From assembly GCA_951406725.2 (NCBI GenBank), contig OX597825.1:33232001-33296000 (forward strand): a DNA stretch of 64,000 bases, given 5' to 3'. Under the pieces are notes generated by a model. It did not search any database. It was not told where the DNA came from and saw nothing but the letters and a program-made list of their open reading frames with translations. Positions 1 through 11,631 of this stretch are shown piece by piece; the stretch's first letter is position 1, and each line of letters begins with the position of its first letter. Origin of the DNA: Octopus vulgaris (taxonomy: Eukaryota). Made by a program: the position numbers and the translations under genes.

Positions 1-420
1 TGAGCCTGGCTAGGCTTGAAAAGGGCGACGTTTATTGTTTTTTTTTATCGTATTGTACTTGTTAGTAGGGTGTTGTACGTAGCATGATGCATGTGGTGGT
101 TGTGATCTATATATAGGAATAAAGTGTTGTACACGGTGATAATGTGCTGTACATAATAATAGTGTTGTACATACTGGTAGTGTTTTGCATTTGGTAGTAA
201 TGTTTTGTGGTAGATGGTAGTAGAATTTTGTATATATTAGTACAGGTAGAACACTGACTCTTCAGATATTGATGATCTGGAAAGTCTTATAATCTTCACT
301 AATATATCAACAGAAACTTCAGATTCCTGCAGCTGCCAGACTAGTCTACTGGTATCTTACACAGTACCGAATTGATAAAATTGTGTTATTTATAATAATG
401 TACCTGTATTTCATTTAATT

Positions 421-645
421 ACTTTTTACTCTTTTACTTGTTTCAGTCATTTGACTGTGGCCATGCTGGAGCACCACCTTTAGTCGAGCAAATCAACCCC
501 AGGACTTATTCTTTGTAAGCCTAGTACTTATTCTATCGGTCTCTTTTGCTGAACCGCTAAGTTATGGGGATGCAAATACACCAGCATTGGTTGTCAAGCA
601 ATGTTGAGGGGTGGGGTGGAAGAGACAAACACAGACACACAAACT

Positions 646-683
<38 letters not shown>

Positions 684-855
684 CATATATACGACAGGCT
701 TCTTTCAGTTTCCGTCTACCAAATCTACTCACAAGGCTTTGGTCGGCCTGAGGCTATTGTAGAAGACATTTGCCCAAGGTGCCACACAGTGGGACTGAAC
801 CCAGAACCATGTGGTTGGTAAGCAAGCTACTTTCCACACAGCCACTCCTGCACCT
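421..855 (-). mobile_element. tRNA-derived SINE, family A (internal (CA)n/(TA)n tract)
   Basis: Reverse strand reads AGGTGCAGGAGTGGCTGTGTGG (A box) ... GGTTCAGTCCC (B box), a CORE-like GGCACCTTGGGCAA segment and the tail GACTGAAACAAGTAAAAGAGTAAAAG; more than 12 copies in the window. Confidence 0.85.
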
Positions 856-1022
856 AAGTAAATTTAATATTTGTTCAATTTAGAGTATAATTACTGCTGG
901 TTTGGAAAAATCAGTTGTTCAGAATGACTATGGAACCAAAGGTTGCAGAAAATTAATGTTATGCCTGTACATTTCAAATAATGATAGCATGTTGTATATT
1001 GTGGTAATATCTATGTTGATAT

Positions 1023-1246
1023 AAGGTGGTGAGTTAGCAGAATTGTTAGCATGCCAGGAAAAATGTTTAGTGGCATTTTGCTAATTTTTACTTTCTGAGT
1101 TCAAATTCTGCCAAGGTCGACTTTCCCTTTCATCCTTTCGGGGTCGCTAAAGATAAGTACCAGTTGAGCACTGTGAGCACTGGGTCAATCTAATCAACTT
1201 AACCCCTTCCCTGAAATTTCTGGCTTTATGCCAAACTTTGAAAGCA
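1023..1246 (+). mobile_element. SINE, family C (tRNA-like head, Nin/Deu-like central domain)
   Basis: AAGGTGGTGAGTTAGCAGAA head, GAGTTCAAATTC B box, CTTTCATCCTTTCGGGGTCG..AAGTACCAGT central motif; many copies in the window. Confidence 0.75.
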
Positions 1247-1552
1247 ATATTTATGTTGGTAGTGTTGTAAATGGAAGTGGTGTATTGTAAACGATAGTCT
1301 ATTAACTGTTACACTAGGTTTGGCATGGGCAACCTTTTTTGAGAAGTGGGCCACATGAGACATGGTTCCTCATCAGGTGGACTGCACAACTAAATAAATT
1401 AAATGTAATGTTTCATTTGGCATGCTATTCAGAGAGTCCCACAGCTTGCAGTCTACCCATGACTGCATTGGGTGTTGGTATGTAGTATATAGTAGTGTGT
1501 TGCATATGGTGACTGCTAGTGTGTTATAGATGTACCTGGATCTTTGGTGGGG

Positions 1553-1842
1553 TTTTTTTTTTCATGCTAAGAGTTGCTGAAGTATGGAACAAACTGCTGG
1601 TATCAGTTGTTGGTTGTCGGAGCACTGCATTCTTCAAAACTTCCATGCTTCTTGACATTCGCAAACACTACACCTGATTTTCTCCCCTCCATACACACGC
1701 AAGCATGTATCTGACTCATACACTGTTCACTTTCCAGACATTTGTACATTATTGCATATGCTTTATACACACTTTTGACAAGTTGTGGTGCACCTGAGTA
1801 CTGTATACAATAATTTCATCATTATTATTATCATTATTATTT
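1553..1842 (+). mobile_element. CR1/L2-type LINE 3' end with (ATT)n tail
   Basis: Translates FFMLRVAEVWNKLLVSVVGCRSTAFFKTSML, resembling the CR1 ORF2 C-terminus, followed by a short 3' UTR and (ATT)n. Confidence 0.7.
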
Positions 1843-1872
1843 TATTTGGTAGAATAATAAAAACAGCAATAC

Positions 1873-2114
1873 CTTGAATCACTAGAAACTGTATCTTGAC
1901 TGAGTAAAGAAACGATTTCATAATAAGGGTTAGTATTGCTTGTCCAAAGACATTGCAATAGATTTGGGTGTTTCACTTTTCGTAACATTCCAAGAACCAT
2001 GATTTCTTGTGCCCACAGTTTCTGCCAATTTTGACTGTAGGTTTTCATTAGACCTGTTTGAAGGAATTTCTTGTTGTCGATCCAAGAAGCTAAGAAGTGA
2101 TGTTTACCAGAATG
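1873..2114 (-). CDS. Exon encoding a protein-kinase-like N-lobe (TKL/TGF-beta-receptor-like); probable continuation of the 7TM gene
   Basis: Acceptor ttcattgctattttacag and donor AG|gtattg; 242 nt open. Encodes HSGKHHFLASWIDNKKFLQTGLMKTYSQNWQKLWAQEIMVLGMLRKVKHPNLLQCLW..., with beta3 Lys, alphaC Glu and HPN motif. Its phase 0 start matches the donor at 8706. Confidence 0.72.
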
Positions 2115-2894
2115 CTGTAAAATAGCAATGAAATATCTTCTGATATAAGCTATTCTCTCAATCAATCAGGACTTACCTTTTCCAGACACATATCAAGAAT
2201 AAAAATAGTTCTAATGAAATCCATAACAAATAGCAGCATAATTTCCCCATGGCCAGGCATGTTCTTGCAATATGCCAGAAATGAATGACACTTCATGTAT
2301 GACAGTGACAATCATTTACAACTATCATGAGATGCCAAGCCAAGAAGACACAAACACATACATGCTCACACACACATACACTCACACAAGATGAGTTTGT
2401 ATGAATTGTTATTTGTCCATATACTCGTTCTGACTGAACAGACCTGTGGTTAAAAACATTATATCTATGTCTAAATGAAATGCTTTCTCAAGACAAATAT
2501 TGTAGTGTTGTGGCTTTCTTACACTATATCCACATTAAGTAAGATATATTGATTGCTTTTCTGAATTAAACCTACTTCTGTCACTAATAACGAAAAAATC
2601 ATTGAATTACTTGTAAAAACTTCATGAGAATTCTTGTTGCAGCTCAGTCTAGCTGTACTTTTTATGAGCAATCTATTATTAATATATTTAGCTTGAAATT
2701 GAATTGTTAAAACATGAGTTTTTCTTAAAAAAAAAGATGCCTCATAAAAATCCAAATTTAATCAGAAAATATATCAAAGAGGCTACTCGACAATAAGTGT
2801 ATGATTACATTTTGGTGCAAGTTAGTGATAGTACAGGAATATGCTATGTAGTCATGCCACAAAGTCTGCAGGAATTATATATATACATATATAA

Positions 2895-3332
2895 TCTGAA
2901 TGTGGTCGGTGCCAGTACCCACTGACTGGCTCCTGTATTGGTGGCATGTAAAAAGCACTATCTAAATGTGATTTATGCCAGGGCCGCCTGACTGGCTCTT
3001 GTGCTGGTGGCATGAAAAATGCACCATCTGAATGTGCTCAATGCCAGTACCTGCTGACTTGCTCCCATGCCAGTGGCACGTAAAAAGCACTATCCATAAA
3101 TGATCGATACCAGTCCTGTCTAACTGGCTCCTGTGCTGGTGGCACATAAAAAGCACCCAATACACTCTTGGAGTTGTTGGCATTAGGAAGGGCATCCAGC
3201 TGTGGAAACATTGCCAGATCATATTGGAGCCAGGTGCAGCCTCTGGCTCTCCAAACCTCAGTCAAACTGTCCAACCCATGCCAGCATGGAAAACAGACGT
3301 TAAACCATGTTGATGATGATGATGATGATGAT
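2895..3332 (+). mobile_element. RTE LINE 3' UTR fragment (family B) with ~63-bp tandem units and (GAT)n tail
   Basis: Repeated GTGCTGGTGGCAC(A/G)TAAAAAGCAC units, then AGGAAGGGCATCCAGCTGT...GACGTTAAAC and (GAT)n; the same sequence adjoins an RTE ORF end at 18890-18990. Confidence 0.8.
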
Positions 3333-4496
3333 ATATATATATAAAACTAATGAAAGCACTTGACTGTAATTAGATTGTAATTCTAGCCATAATTGAGAAA
3401 TAAATTAAATTAATTAAAGAAATAACATGGAAAAGTAAGGATTTCTTCCTAATAAAATGATAAATGTGGAAAAGGAGCAAGGCAAGAGTAGTCAATTAAA
3501 TTGCTTCCCAGTTTTTGACTGGTACTTATTTTATGAACAAGAATGAAGAGCAGCAGTCTGTGGAATTTGAAATCAAAACATAGAAAGTTTCAACTACAAG
3601 ACATATTGACAAAAAAGGAAAATAAGTGAATAAAATAAAATAATATAGCTTCATCAGAGTTGAAAAAAATCAGCTTTCATGGACATTTAAAAGAACTTTG
3701 GATCATGTGGGAATAAGGATGATTTCATTCAGATAGAACACCTGAACTCAGTAGTTGCAACATTGGACTCTACTACAAACAACTAAGGGCTGGGTGGTGA
3801 TGGCATTAAAACAACTGAAGAATGAAGTATACCATACAAAATAGGTAATGGATTATCATCACCACTGCCGCCATCACCACTACCACCACCACCATAACCT
3901 CCTCCTCCTTCTTTTCCTCCTTCTCCTTCACCCATTGCCCTGTAGTTCTTTTGATCCTACTTATCTTGAGTATTTCTGATGTGATTGCTGGCCCTGTTAG
4001 TTCCCAAGAAATTTGGATCTTCTGTATGCCATTCATTACTCAACACATGTGCAATCCACCTACTCTGGAGGTCAGAGTGTGTTTCAGTTCACCTTTCTTC
4101 CTTTGAATGAATTTCTTTGTCCATATGATGTAAGTCTCTGGAACAAGGAAACTCTCTTTGTATCAAAACAATAAGTTTGTTTTGTTTTCTGCTAATATTT
4201 TTGGAATAAGAAATCCTTTGTGCAATAAGACTACTAACCCTACATCCAACCTGGAGGACTAAACCTGTGTGTAGCAGCCTTTTATAGCCAATCAGTAGGT
4301 ATTATTCTTTATATCTCCTAAAAGCTACTTCCCAAATATATAGGAAAACTCAATATTCAATACATTTCATCATATCACTGATTTAGAAGATGGAAAATAA
4401 TAAGAAGCATCTGAGGTGAAATTGAAAATTGAATGAAAAGTTCAAATAAAAAAAGTATAGCATATTCAATAACACTAGAGTAGTTCCAATAGCAGG

Positions 4497-5018
4497 GTTA
4501 TCATAGAGCAGCAGAATAGATCCAGGTTAAGGTACGTGATAAGAGCTGAATAGATCTGACACTAGGAGGGTATGTGATAATAATAGAATCCATCTTGTGC
4601 TAGGGTGTGTGATAGCAGTAGAATAGATTTAGTCCTAGGGGAGTATGTGATAACAGCTGAACAGATTCAGTGCTAGGAGGGTGTGTGATAATGGTAGAAT
4701 CCATCTTGTGATAGGGTATGTGATAGCAGTAGAATAGATCCAGTCAGCACTAGGAAAGTATGTGATAACAGTTGAATAGATTCAGTGCTAGGAGGATGTG
4801 GGTTAACAGTAAAATACATCACATGCTAGGGTATGTCATAACAGTTGGATAAATCTGGTGTTGGACTATATGATAACAGTTGAATAAGATCCATTACTAG
4901 GCAGGCATATGATAACAGTAGAGCAGATCCAATGTGAGGAGGGTATGTAATAGTACTTGAATACATCTTGAATCCAGATCTAATAGGGTACGGGATAACA
5001 GTAGAATTGATGGGGTGC
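4497..5018. repeat. Minisatellite, ~14 units of 35-42 bp with trimeric higher-order structure
   Basis: Consensus GTGATAACAGTAGAATAGATCCAGTGCTAGGAGGGTAT; unit lengths run about 38/35/38. Confidence 0.85.
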
Positions 5019-5619
5019 TTTTCACTTTCAGAGTTTCTTGTTAGGATGAGCCTAGCTTCATAAAGGGAGACATTCTAATTCATCAAAATCATCTCAAACT
5101 TCTTGGTCATAAACTGCTTCCTGTTAATGTAAAAACCTTTAATGACAATCTAATTATAAAAAATAGGTGCACACCCAGTAAAACAGAAAAGATGCTGAAA
5201 AGTTTCATGCAAATGTATACCTGATAACAAAAATCAAAATCATAATTCAAAACCGTTGTAAAGGAAAGAATGGTCTGAGCATGTTACTTAGTGATTAACT
5301 GTAGGCTTTTCACTGTGTTCTTCACCTGTAAATTCATGATATTAGTTATGAGTAAGGTAGCATTAATAACAACCAGGTAAATAAAACAGTAGACATGAGT
5401 AACAGTAGACATGAGTAACAGTAGACATTAAAACAGAAGAGGGACTTGTGAAAATAGGGACTTGTGAAATAGGGACTTGTGAAAAAAGTTAGTCTCTGTC
5501 ACAGGAAATATTCCAAAAAGACTCCTTGTCTCTCTCTTTTTATCTCACTCTTTTTCTTTCTTTTCTTTTCTTTCTGGCACTTACACACTTTAACCAATAT
5601 GTTAAACTGACACACTGTC

Positions 5620-5915
5620 TGTTACAACAATAAGGGTTCCTGTTGATCTGAGCAATGGCACTGCCTACTTATGAAATTAATGCGCATATGATTGGGTGCT
5701 CCACAGACATGTGTACCCTTGGTGTAGTTCTCAGGGAGATTCAGCATAACACAGCATGTGACAAAGCTGGTCTTTTGAATTACAGGTACTACTCATTTTT
5801 GCCAGCTGGAGCAACTTGAAATAAAGTGTCTTGCCCAAGGACACAATGCTCTACCGGATATCAAACTCACAAACTTATGATTGTGAGCCAAATATCCCTA
5901 AGCCATGCACCTACA
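5620..5915 (-). mobile_element. SINE, family E (shares 3' half with family D)
   Basis: CTCCACAGACATGTGTACCCTT..GTAGTTCTCAGGGAGATTCAGC matches the 3' half of 42341-42723; head GTGTCCTTGGGCAAGACACTTTATTTCA. Confidence 0.7.
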
Positions 5916-5999
5916 GTGGAAGCGGATAAAAATGGTATGGAGTGGAGATAATCAATGGTCTCTTGATGGCCTCAAGTTGTGTGCTGCAAATGACAAACA

Positions 6000-6185
6000 C
6001 ATGAAAAAGATTTTTGTAGGGGAAATGGCATGAAATTCAGTTTGGGGAAATAAACCAAAGCTACTTTAAAGAGTGGAGAATTAATGTGATTAGTAATACC
6101 ATGTTAGACTCAGAAATTAAGATAACAGATCTAGGCCAAATACAAACTTACAAATACTTGAGAAATAATGAACGAGATGGAGTAA
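6000..6185 (+). mobile_element. Degenerate R4/Dong-like reverse transcriptase fragment
   Basis: Translates GMKFSLGK*TKATLKSGEL...ITDLGQIQTYKYL, similar to the R4-clade MEFGLEKC...YKYLG region. Confidence 0.55.
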
Positions 6186-6226
6186 AAAAAATTAAATTCT
6201 TACAAATACTTAGAATTTAATGAACT

Positions 6227-6565
6227 CATGGCTGTGTGGTAGGTAGCTTGCTTACCAATCACATGGTTCCGGGTTCATTCACACTGTGTGGCACCTTGGG
6301 AAGGTATCTTCTACTATAGCCTCAGGCCGACCAAAGCCTTGTGAGTGGATTTGGTAGACGAAAACTGAAAGAAGCCCGTTGTATATATATGTATGTGTGT
6401 GTATATGTTGGTGTGTTTACATCCCCGTAACTCAGCAGTTCAGCAAAAGAGACTGATAGAATAAGTATTAGGCTTACAAAGAATAAGTCCTGTGGTCGAT
6501 TTGCTCGACTAAAGGTGGTGCTCCAGCATGGCTGCAGTCAAATGACTGAAACAAGTAAAAGAGTA
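6227..6565 (+). mobile_element. SINE family A
   Basis: Near-complete copy of the 421-855 element on the opposite strand. Confidence 0.85.
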
Positions 6566-7049
6566 CTCTATTTTCTGGTAAACAAGTTGAATTTTTCAGA
6601 TCAAAATTTACAACCAAAAGAACAAAAATCTGGAAGACCAATATTTCCATGCGAAATACAGAAGGATTTGATAAGATAGGGATGATATTTACATGTTTAC
6701 ACTATATACTTCAGTGACTTCTATACTGAAAAATGTGTTAGATGGAGTTTTAAAAAATGGAAGAAAACAATTGGTAAAGGATGTTATGGACGTAGTAGAT
6801 TACTCTTAAAATGAAAGTGAATGTTAAGATACTGTGTATTGATGGTTAAGCTACCCTCATAATAAGTTATAGTTTTATTTTCAACTGGAAGTCAAGTGAA
6901 TTGTCAAAACAAAATTGAAAAACAAGTAAAATAATGAATGCATTTAGAAGACATCACCCAGAATCTGACTAAGAAGTAATGCATATTCCCATAAGTACAA
7001 AGAGGCAGAGGTTGTCTGCAGTTACAAAATTATTATAAAATATCTGCTA

Positions 7050-7261
7050 TTGGATTACAAATATATATTGTAAATAACAAATGGGGAACTAATGTAAATA
7101 GTTATAAAATATGAAGAAAGATAGAAAAAAAGCAACCTATTTCTGTTATCAGAAATAACAGCTATAAAGAGAATTTACAGGAAGTATTAAAAATAAAACA
7201 AAAAAAGATGATACCAAATGGACTAGGTCTGTCCTTTGAATTGCAAGTACAACTCATTTTT
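7050..7261. repeat. Direct duplication, copy 1 (copy 2 at 8328-8545)
   Basis: About 210 bp, from TTGGATTACAAATATATATTG to GTAC(A/C)ACTCATTTTT, near-identical at both sites. Confidence 0.9.
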
Positions 7262-7699
7262 GCCAACTGAGTAGACTGGAGCAACATGAAATCAAAAAGT
7301 GTCTTGCTCTGCCAGGAATTGAACTCATGACCTTACGATCAGAGCTGATTACCCTAACCACTTAACCACGTGCCTTCACAAAAAGAATATATTAACCAAA
7401 CTATTCAAAGTTTTTAGTCAGAAGAGGAAGACAGTACCCATAACTTTTTACATGACTTTCGAAACTAAAAAAAATAAAGTTACCTTTATGCTGGAGACCT
7501 GATTCAGATATTTGTGAATGAGTGCATTCCACTAAAGGTAACCAAGGGCCAGTTGGTGGTGGTGGTGGTGGTTGTGATGATGTTAATTAGGTAACTGATT
7601 AAATAATCTATCATCCAGATAGATTTCATGTACTGGAAGCCATACACCTATATTATGGAATATGCACACTAAAAAAATAATGCAAACACAAATCACAAA

Positions 7700-8230
7700 A
7701 GGTCTTGTCCACTAAGATCAGAGTGACCCAGTACCTCAGTCTCCAAGTGTGTGTGCTGGAAAAATGCCATTGTGGAGCAGTACTTGATGAATTCAGCCTG
7801 CAGCCATTTTCCTGCAGCTATATGCTGCTCTGAATGACATAATTAGAAGGGGCCTTGATGTCACTGGCTTCCCATCTCAACTGAGCCAGTAGGCCTCAAC
7901 TGCAGGTATGGAAAGCACTCTGATGGAATAACTCTTTCCCCATACAAGGGAGGTAGATCCCTAGCCTGGGACATGATGTGCAGCAACATGTTCTCTGGCT
8001 CCAACCTTGTTGCATCAGCCACAAACCCAGATATTGCTGCCCATAACGCAGAGGAGAGAAGCACAAACAAATATGGGAGCCTGACTGTCACCATCAAGCC
8101 AATAAGGTGTTTTTGGACCACGCACAGCCAATTTCCTCCAAAAAATTGGGATAACTGCAGCCTGTCTGAGAAACAAGCCATGCAAGATGGGGTGGCCACT
8201 GCCATGAGTGTTGCAGGCTATTCTCCATGG
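7700..8230 (+). mobile_element. CRE-clade non-LTR retrotransposon C-terminal fragment (RLE endonuclease), frameshifted
   Basis: Piecewise translation AALNDIIRRGLDVTGFPSQ/EPVGLN..GKHSDGITLSPYKGGRSLAWDMMCSNMFSGSNL..AAHNAEERSTNKY fits the CRE pattern RPDG..W..GR.LAWD.T...AE..K..KY. Confidence 0.75.
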
Positions 8231-8327
8231 CAACAGCATCACAGTCTTGTCCACAGGGTGCAACTGAACATGGAATTTCCCGTCCCTTCTGCTGCTTAAT
8301 CTCATTCCCTTTTCTTTTTCTTTTTCT

Positions 8328-8545
8328 TTGGATTACAAATATATATTGTAAATAACAAATGGGAACTAATGCAAATAGTTATAAAATATGAAGAAAGATA
8401 GAAAAAAAAAGCAACCTATTTCTGTTATCAGAAATAACAGGTATAAAGAGAATTGTGAATCATTACAGGAAGTATTAAAAACAAAAGAAAAATGATACTA
8501 AATGGACTAGGTCTGTCCTTTGAATTGCAAGTACCACTCATTTTT
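8328..8545. repeat. Direct duplication, copy 2
   Basis: See 7050-7261. Confidence 0.9.
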
Positions 8546-8706
8546 CCCAGATTGTAATTCAGTCTAACAGATTCACAGTGAAATTGAAATAAGGAGGATA
8601 TTAGGGCATGAAATTAAAAACTGCACCAATAATAATTGGAGCATCAATTATAATTAAAGAAAAAAATAACAAAAACAACTATAACAGAAACAATGTAATA
8701 TTTTAC

Positions 8707-9639
8707 CTCAGTTCGTAAGAGTTCCAGTCGTTTTAGTTGACGAGATTCCTGTGAAATGTCACTTGGTTTTCCACAACATTCTTTCTTCATCCACAGAAAA
8801 TTGCCAAGGTTAGTGAAAATTCCATGGAGTGTGAGATAAATGCTAACTGTGATAATTGATGTGTCATGGTCATTGTTGGTTGTCTGTGAAACGGATTGCC
8901 GAAAAAGTAGTCGTGTTATCATGATACTTACGATAGTATAGATACATTGTTCGACCAGGAGTATTTTGTGTAATAACTGTCCCTGTGATATTACAGAAAC
9001 ATGGACATCTTCACTGGAATCATGTACCAAGCTGTTTTTTTTCTGGGATTTCACTAATCCAATAATACTGAAAATAAACGTGGTCACGATGACTATCCAG
9101 AAGCAAATTACTAACAGAGAAGTGTAAGTACCCCCAGATTCTTTTGGGTCATAAAGAGGGAAGAGATTGCTCCTGGAAGGTTTGAGTTGGTCTTGTTTAG
9201 GAATGACTGGCAAAATAGAAAGGAGCAGACAAGCAAGTTTTATACCAGTAAGTACTATTATTGAGGAACCAAGCTGATGGCTTGATGTACTGGATATCTT
9301 TCTCGGATTCTGTACAAATAATAGAATTGTCTGGAATGTAATAAAGGAGCACAAACCATCCATATATCCAAACAACATTAAACTCGATGATGCCAACACA
9401 AGGAATTTGGGAGTTGTACCATTGAGTACTAAAATACACAGATGCATCACCAGACCAATTCCAAAGAATAATGCTGAAGTATCAAGTAAACAAATAGAAT
9501 ATTTCCACAATTTTGGTAAAGATATTCCCTTGCAAAGTTTGTACACAAGTGAAATAAAACACATTAAAGCACCAATTGAAGAAAAGATGAAGTTGACTGT
9601 TATGAATGCAAAGTTGGTTCTGTGTGTTTCCATTTCCAT
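8707..9639 (-). CDS. Exon encoding a divergent 7TM domain (LGR/GRL101-like rhodopsin-class GPCR)
   Basis: 311 open codons with seven hydrophobic segments. LGR-like traces: ICLLDTSALFFGIGL (TM2), LLLSILPVI (TM4), SNLFPL..ESGGTYTSLL (ECL2/TM5). Ends RQLKRLELLRTE|gtaaaa (phase 0). Strong acceptor upstream at 9850. Confidence 0.8.
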
Positions 9640-10016
9640 AGAACAAATATAGCCAAGCCAAAATTGGTCACATCACTGATATTTTAAGGTAAGATTTCCT
9701 CCTGATTACATGTTTCCATTACAATAATCCAGTGTAGAATTCACCATCAGCTCAGCATAAGTTATTTATAAGACATCCATTCCAGGAATATTCCATTTAA
9801 CATTAGGAAGTCGTGGAACTTTTGTACTGCATATCTTACATATACCATGCTAAGAAAAGACAAAAAAAGAAAAAAAAAAGAATAATTTCCAAGCAATTTA
9901 CAATCCATTCTTTACAAGAAATGTTTCTTTTATATTCATGTAAATGATATCATAGGAAACCAGCATATATGATGCACTTTGAGTTTTATAAAAAAACAAA
10001 AAAAACAATGATATAT

Positions 10017-10161
10017 AGGTGCAGGCACGGCTATGTGGTAAGAAGTTTGCTTCCTAACCAGGTTCCAGGTTCAATCCCTCTGCATGGCACCTTGGACAAG
10101 TGTCTTCTACTATCGCCTTGGGCCAACCAAAGCCCTGTGAGTGAATTTGGTTAGACAGAAA

Positions 10162-10208
<47 letters not shown>

Positions 10209-10490
10209 CAGAACCTGTCACATATATATATATTACTATATGTGTGTGTGTGTTTTTGTAGCTGTGTTTGTCCCCACCACCACCACTTGACATCCAGTGT
10301 TGGTGTATTTATGTCCCCATAACTTAGCGGTTTGGCAAGAGACCAATAGCATAATTACCACGCTTAAAAAAAAAAAAAAAACCAACTAAGTACTAGGGTC
10401 AATTCACTCAAGTAAAATGCTTCAAGGCTGTACTCCAATATCACCACAGTCCAGTGACCAAAACAAGTGAAAAAATAAAGAATGAAAGAA
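10017..10490 (+). mobile_element. SINE family A
   Basis: A/B-box head, (TA)n centre, family tail. Confidence 0.8.
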
Positions 10491-10589
10491 TTCTATATGT
10501 CAGATTTTATATAACACTTTATATTATATATATATATATATATGGTGGCCGCATGCCAAAATTTGAAACTATTATTATTATTATTATTG

Positions 10590-10855
10590 CCTTTGCACAG
10601 CTTCTAGCATGAGATGTCAGCTGTTCACTACCAGTGAATTAAGGTAACACCTCTTATTTTTCGAGTACCGTCCGGAGTATTCGACCAATTCCAAGCAGTG
10701 CTGTTTTCTGCAAGTGCTTCACCCTTATTGCAACCCCTATTTGTTCCACGTACTTCTCAAGATTTTTGCTCACTGTTCCCGACAATTATTGGTACTACTG
10801 CTACCTTCCCAAACTAACCTGTCATATCTCTTGACTTTTCTTTCTTCCTTATCGC

Positions 10856-10857
<2 letters not shown>
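10590..10857 (-). mobile_element. R4/Dong-like LINE 3' fragment in a (TAA)n tract
   Basis: Reverse strand gives GTVSKNLEKYVEQIGVAIRVKHLQKTALLGIGRILRTVLEK*; flanked by (TAA)n. Confidence 0.7.
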
Positions 10858-10901
<44 letters not shown>

Positions 10902-10907
10902 TTATTA

Positions 10908-11150
10908 TATATGTTTGATTTTTGTTTTGTATTTGTACAAGTTGACTCCAAGTCTCACCCAAAGACCTCAAGAAACAACAAGTTAGAAGTCCATGTTGGT
11001 GTTATGCTTAGGGTGTCATATATTTGGTTTTGTACTTAGTGTTGTGCTAGAGAATGTTTAAGAAAGCAAAGGATAATTATGAGTTCGTTTTAAAATTTGA
11101 GATTATATAGACAGTATTTTACATACGATACGGGCAGTTCCCATGAGCAT
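10908..11150 (-). mobile_element. R4/Dong-like LINE 3' end, truncated copy
   Basis: Homologous to 11229-11450; bounded by (TAA)n on both sides. Confidence 0.7.
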
Positions 11151-11155
11151 TATTA

Positions 11156-11228
<73 letters not shown>

Positions 11229-11230
<2 letters not shown>

Positions 11231-11566
11231 GTTTGACTTTTGCTTTACGTTTGTACAAGTTGGCTCCAAATCTCACCCAGAGACCTCAAGAGACAACAAG
11301 TTGGAAGTTCATGTTGTTGTTATGCCTAGGGTGCCATATATTTGTGTTGTACTAGTGAATATTTAAGAAACCATAAGAAAATTATGTTTCTTTTGAAATT
11401 TGAGATTACATAGAAAGTATTTTGCGTAGGATATGAGCAGTTCCCATGAGCACTATCTTTTGAATTTCTGCCATTTTTGGGTTTCCTGGTATCTGAGCTA
11501 GGTAGCAATCAGCCCCTTTTGCTATCATTCCCAGGGCACCTATGACAACAGGTATTGTTTGAGTCA
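11229..11566 (-). mobile_element. R4/Dong-like LINE 3' end
   Basis: ORF end TIPVVIGALGMIAK...EIQKIVLMGTAHILRKILSM* plus 3' UTR; (TAA)n on both sides. Confidence 0.8.
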
Positions 11567-11578
11567 TTATTATAATTA

Positions 11579-11609
<31 letters not shown>

Positions 11610-11631
11610 TATTATTATTGTTGTTGTTATT

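Noticed and set aside
241-360. Possible next kinase exon
   Set aside because: The required phase-2 frame stops within about 9 codons and no frame shows kinase hinge or catalytic motifs.
2115-2210. ORF start at 2165 and strong donor AAG|gtaagt at 2176
   Set aside because: 2115-2165 is the acceptor tract of the kinase exon; the 34-nt exon implied upstream would shift the frame.
4497-5018. Regularly spaced ~36-bp repeats resembling a CRISPR array
   Set aside because: No unique spacers, the units are contiguous and degenerate, there are no cas genes, and the context is eukaryotic.
8644-8706. Hydrophobic ORF tail VKYYIVSVIVVFVIFFFNYN as an eighth TM helix
   Set aside because: Lies after a good GAG|gtaaaa donor and is T-rich intron-like sequence.
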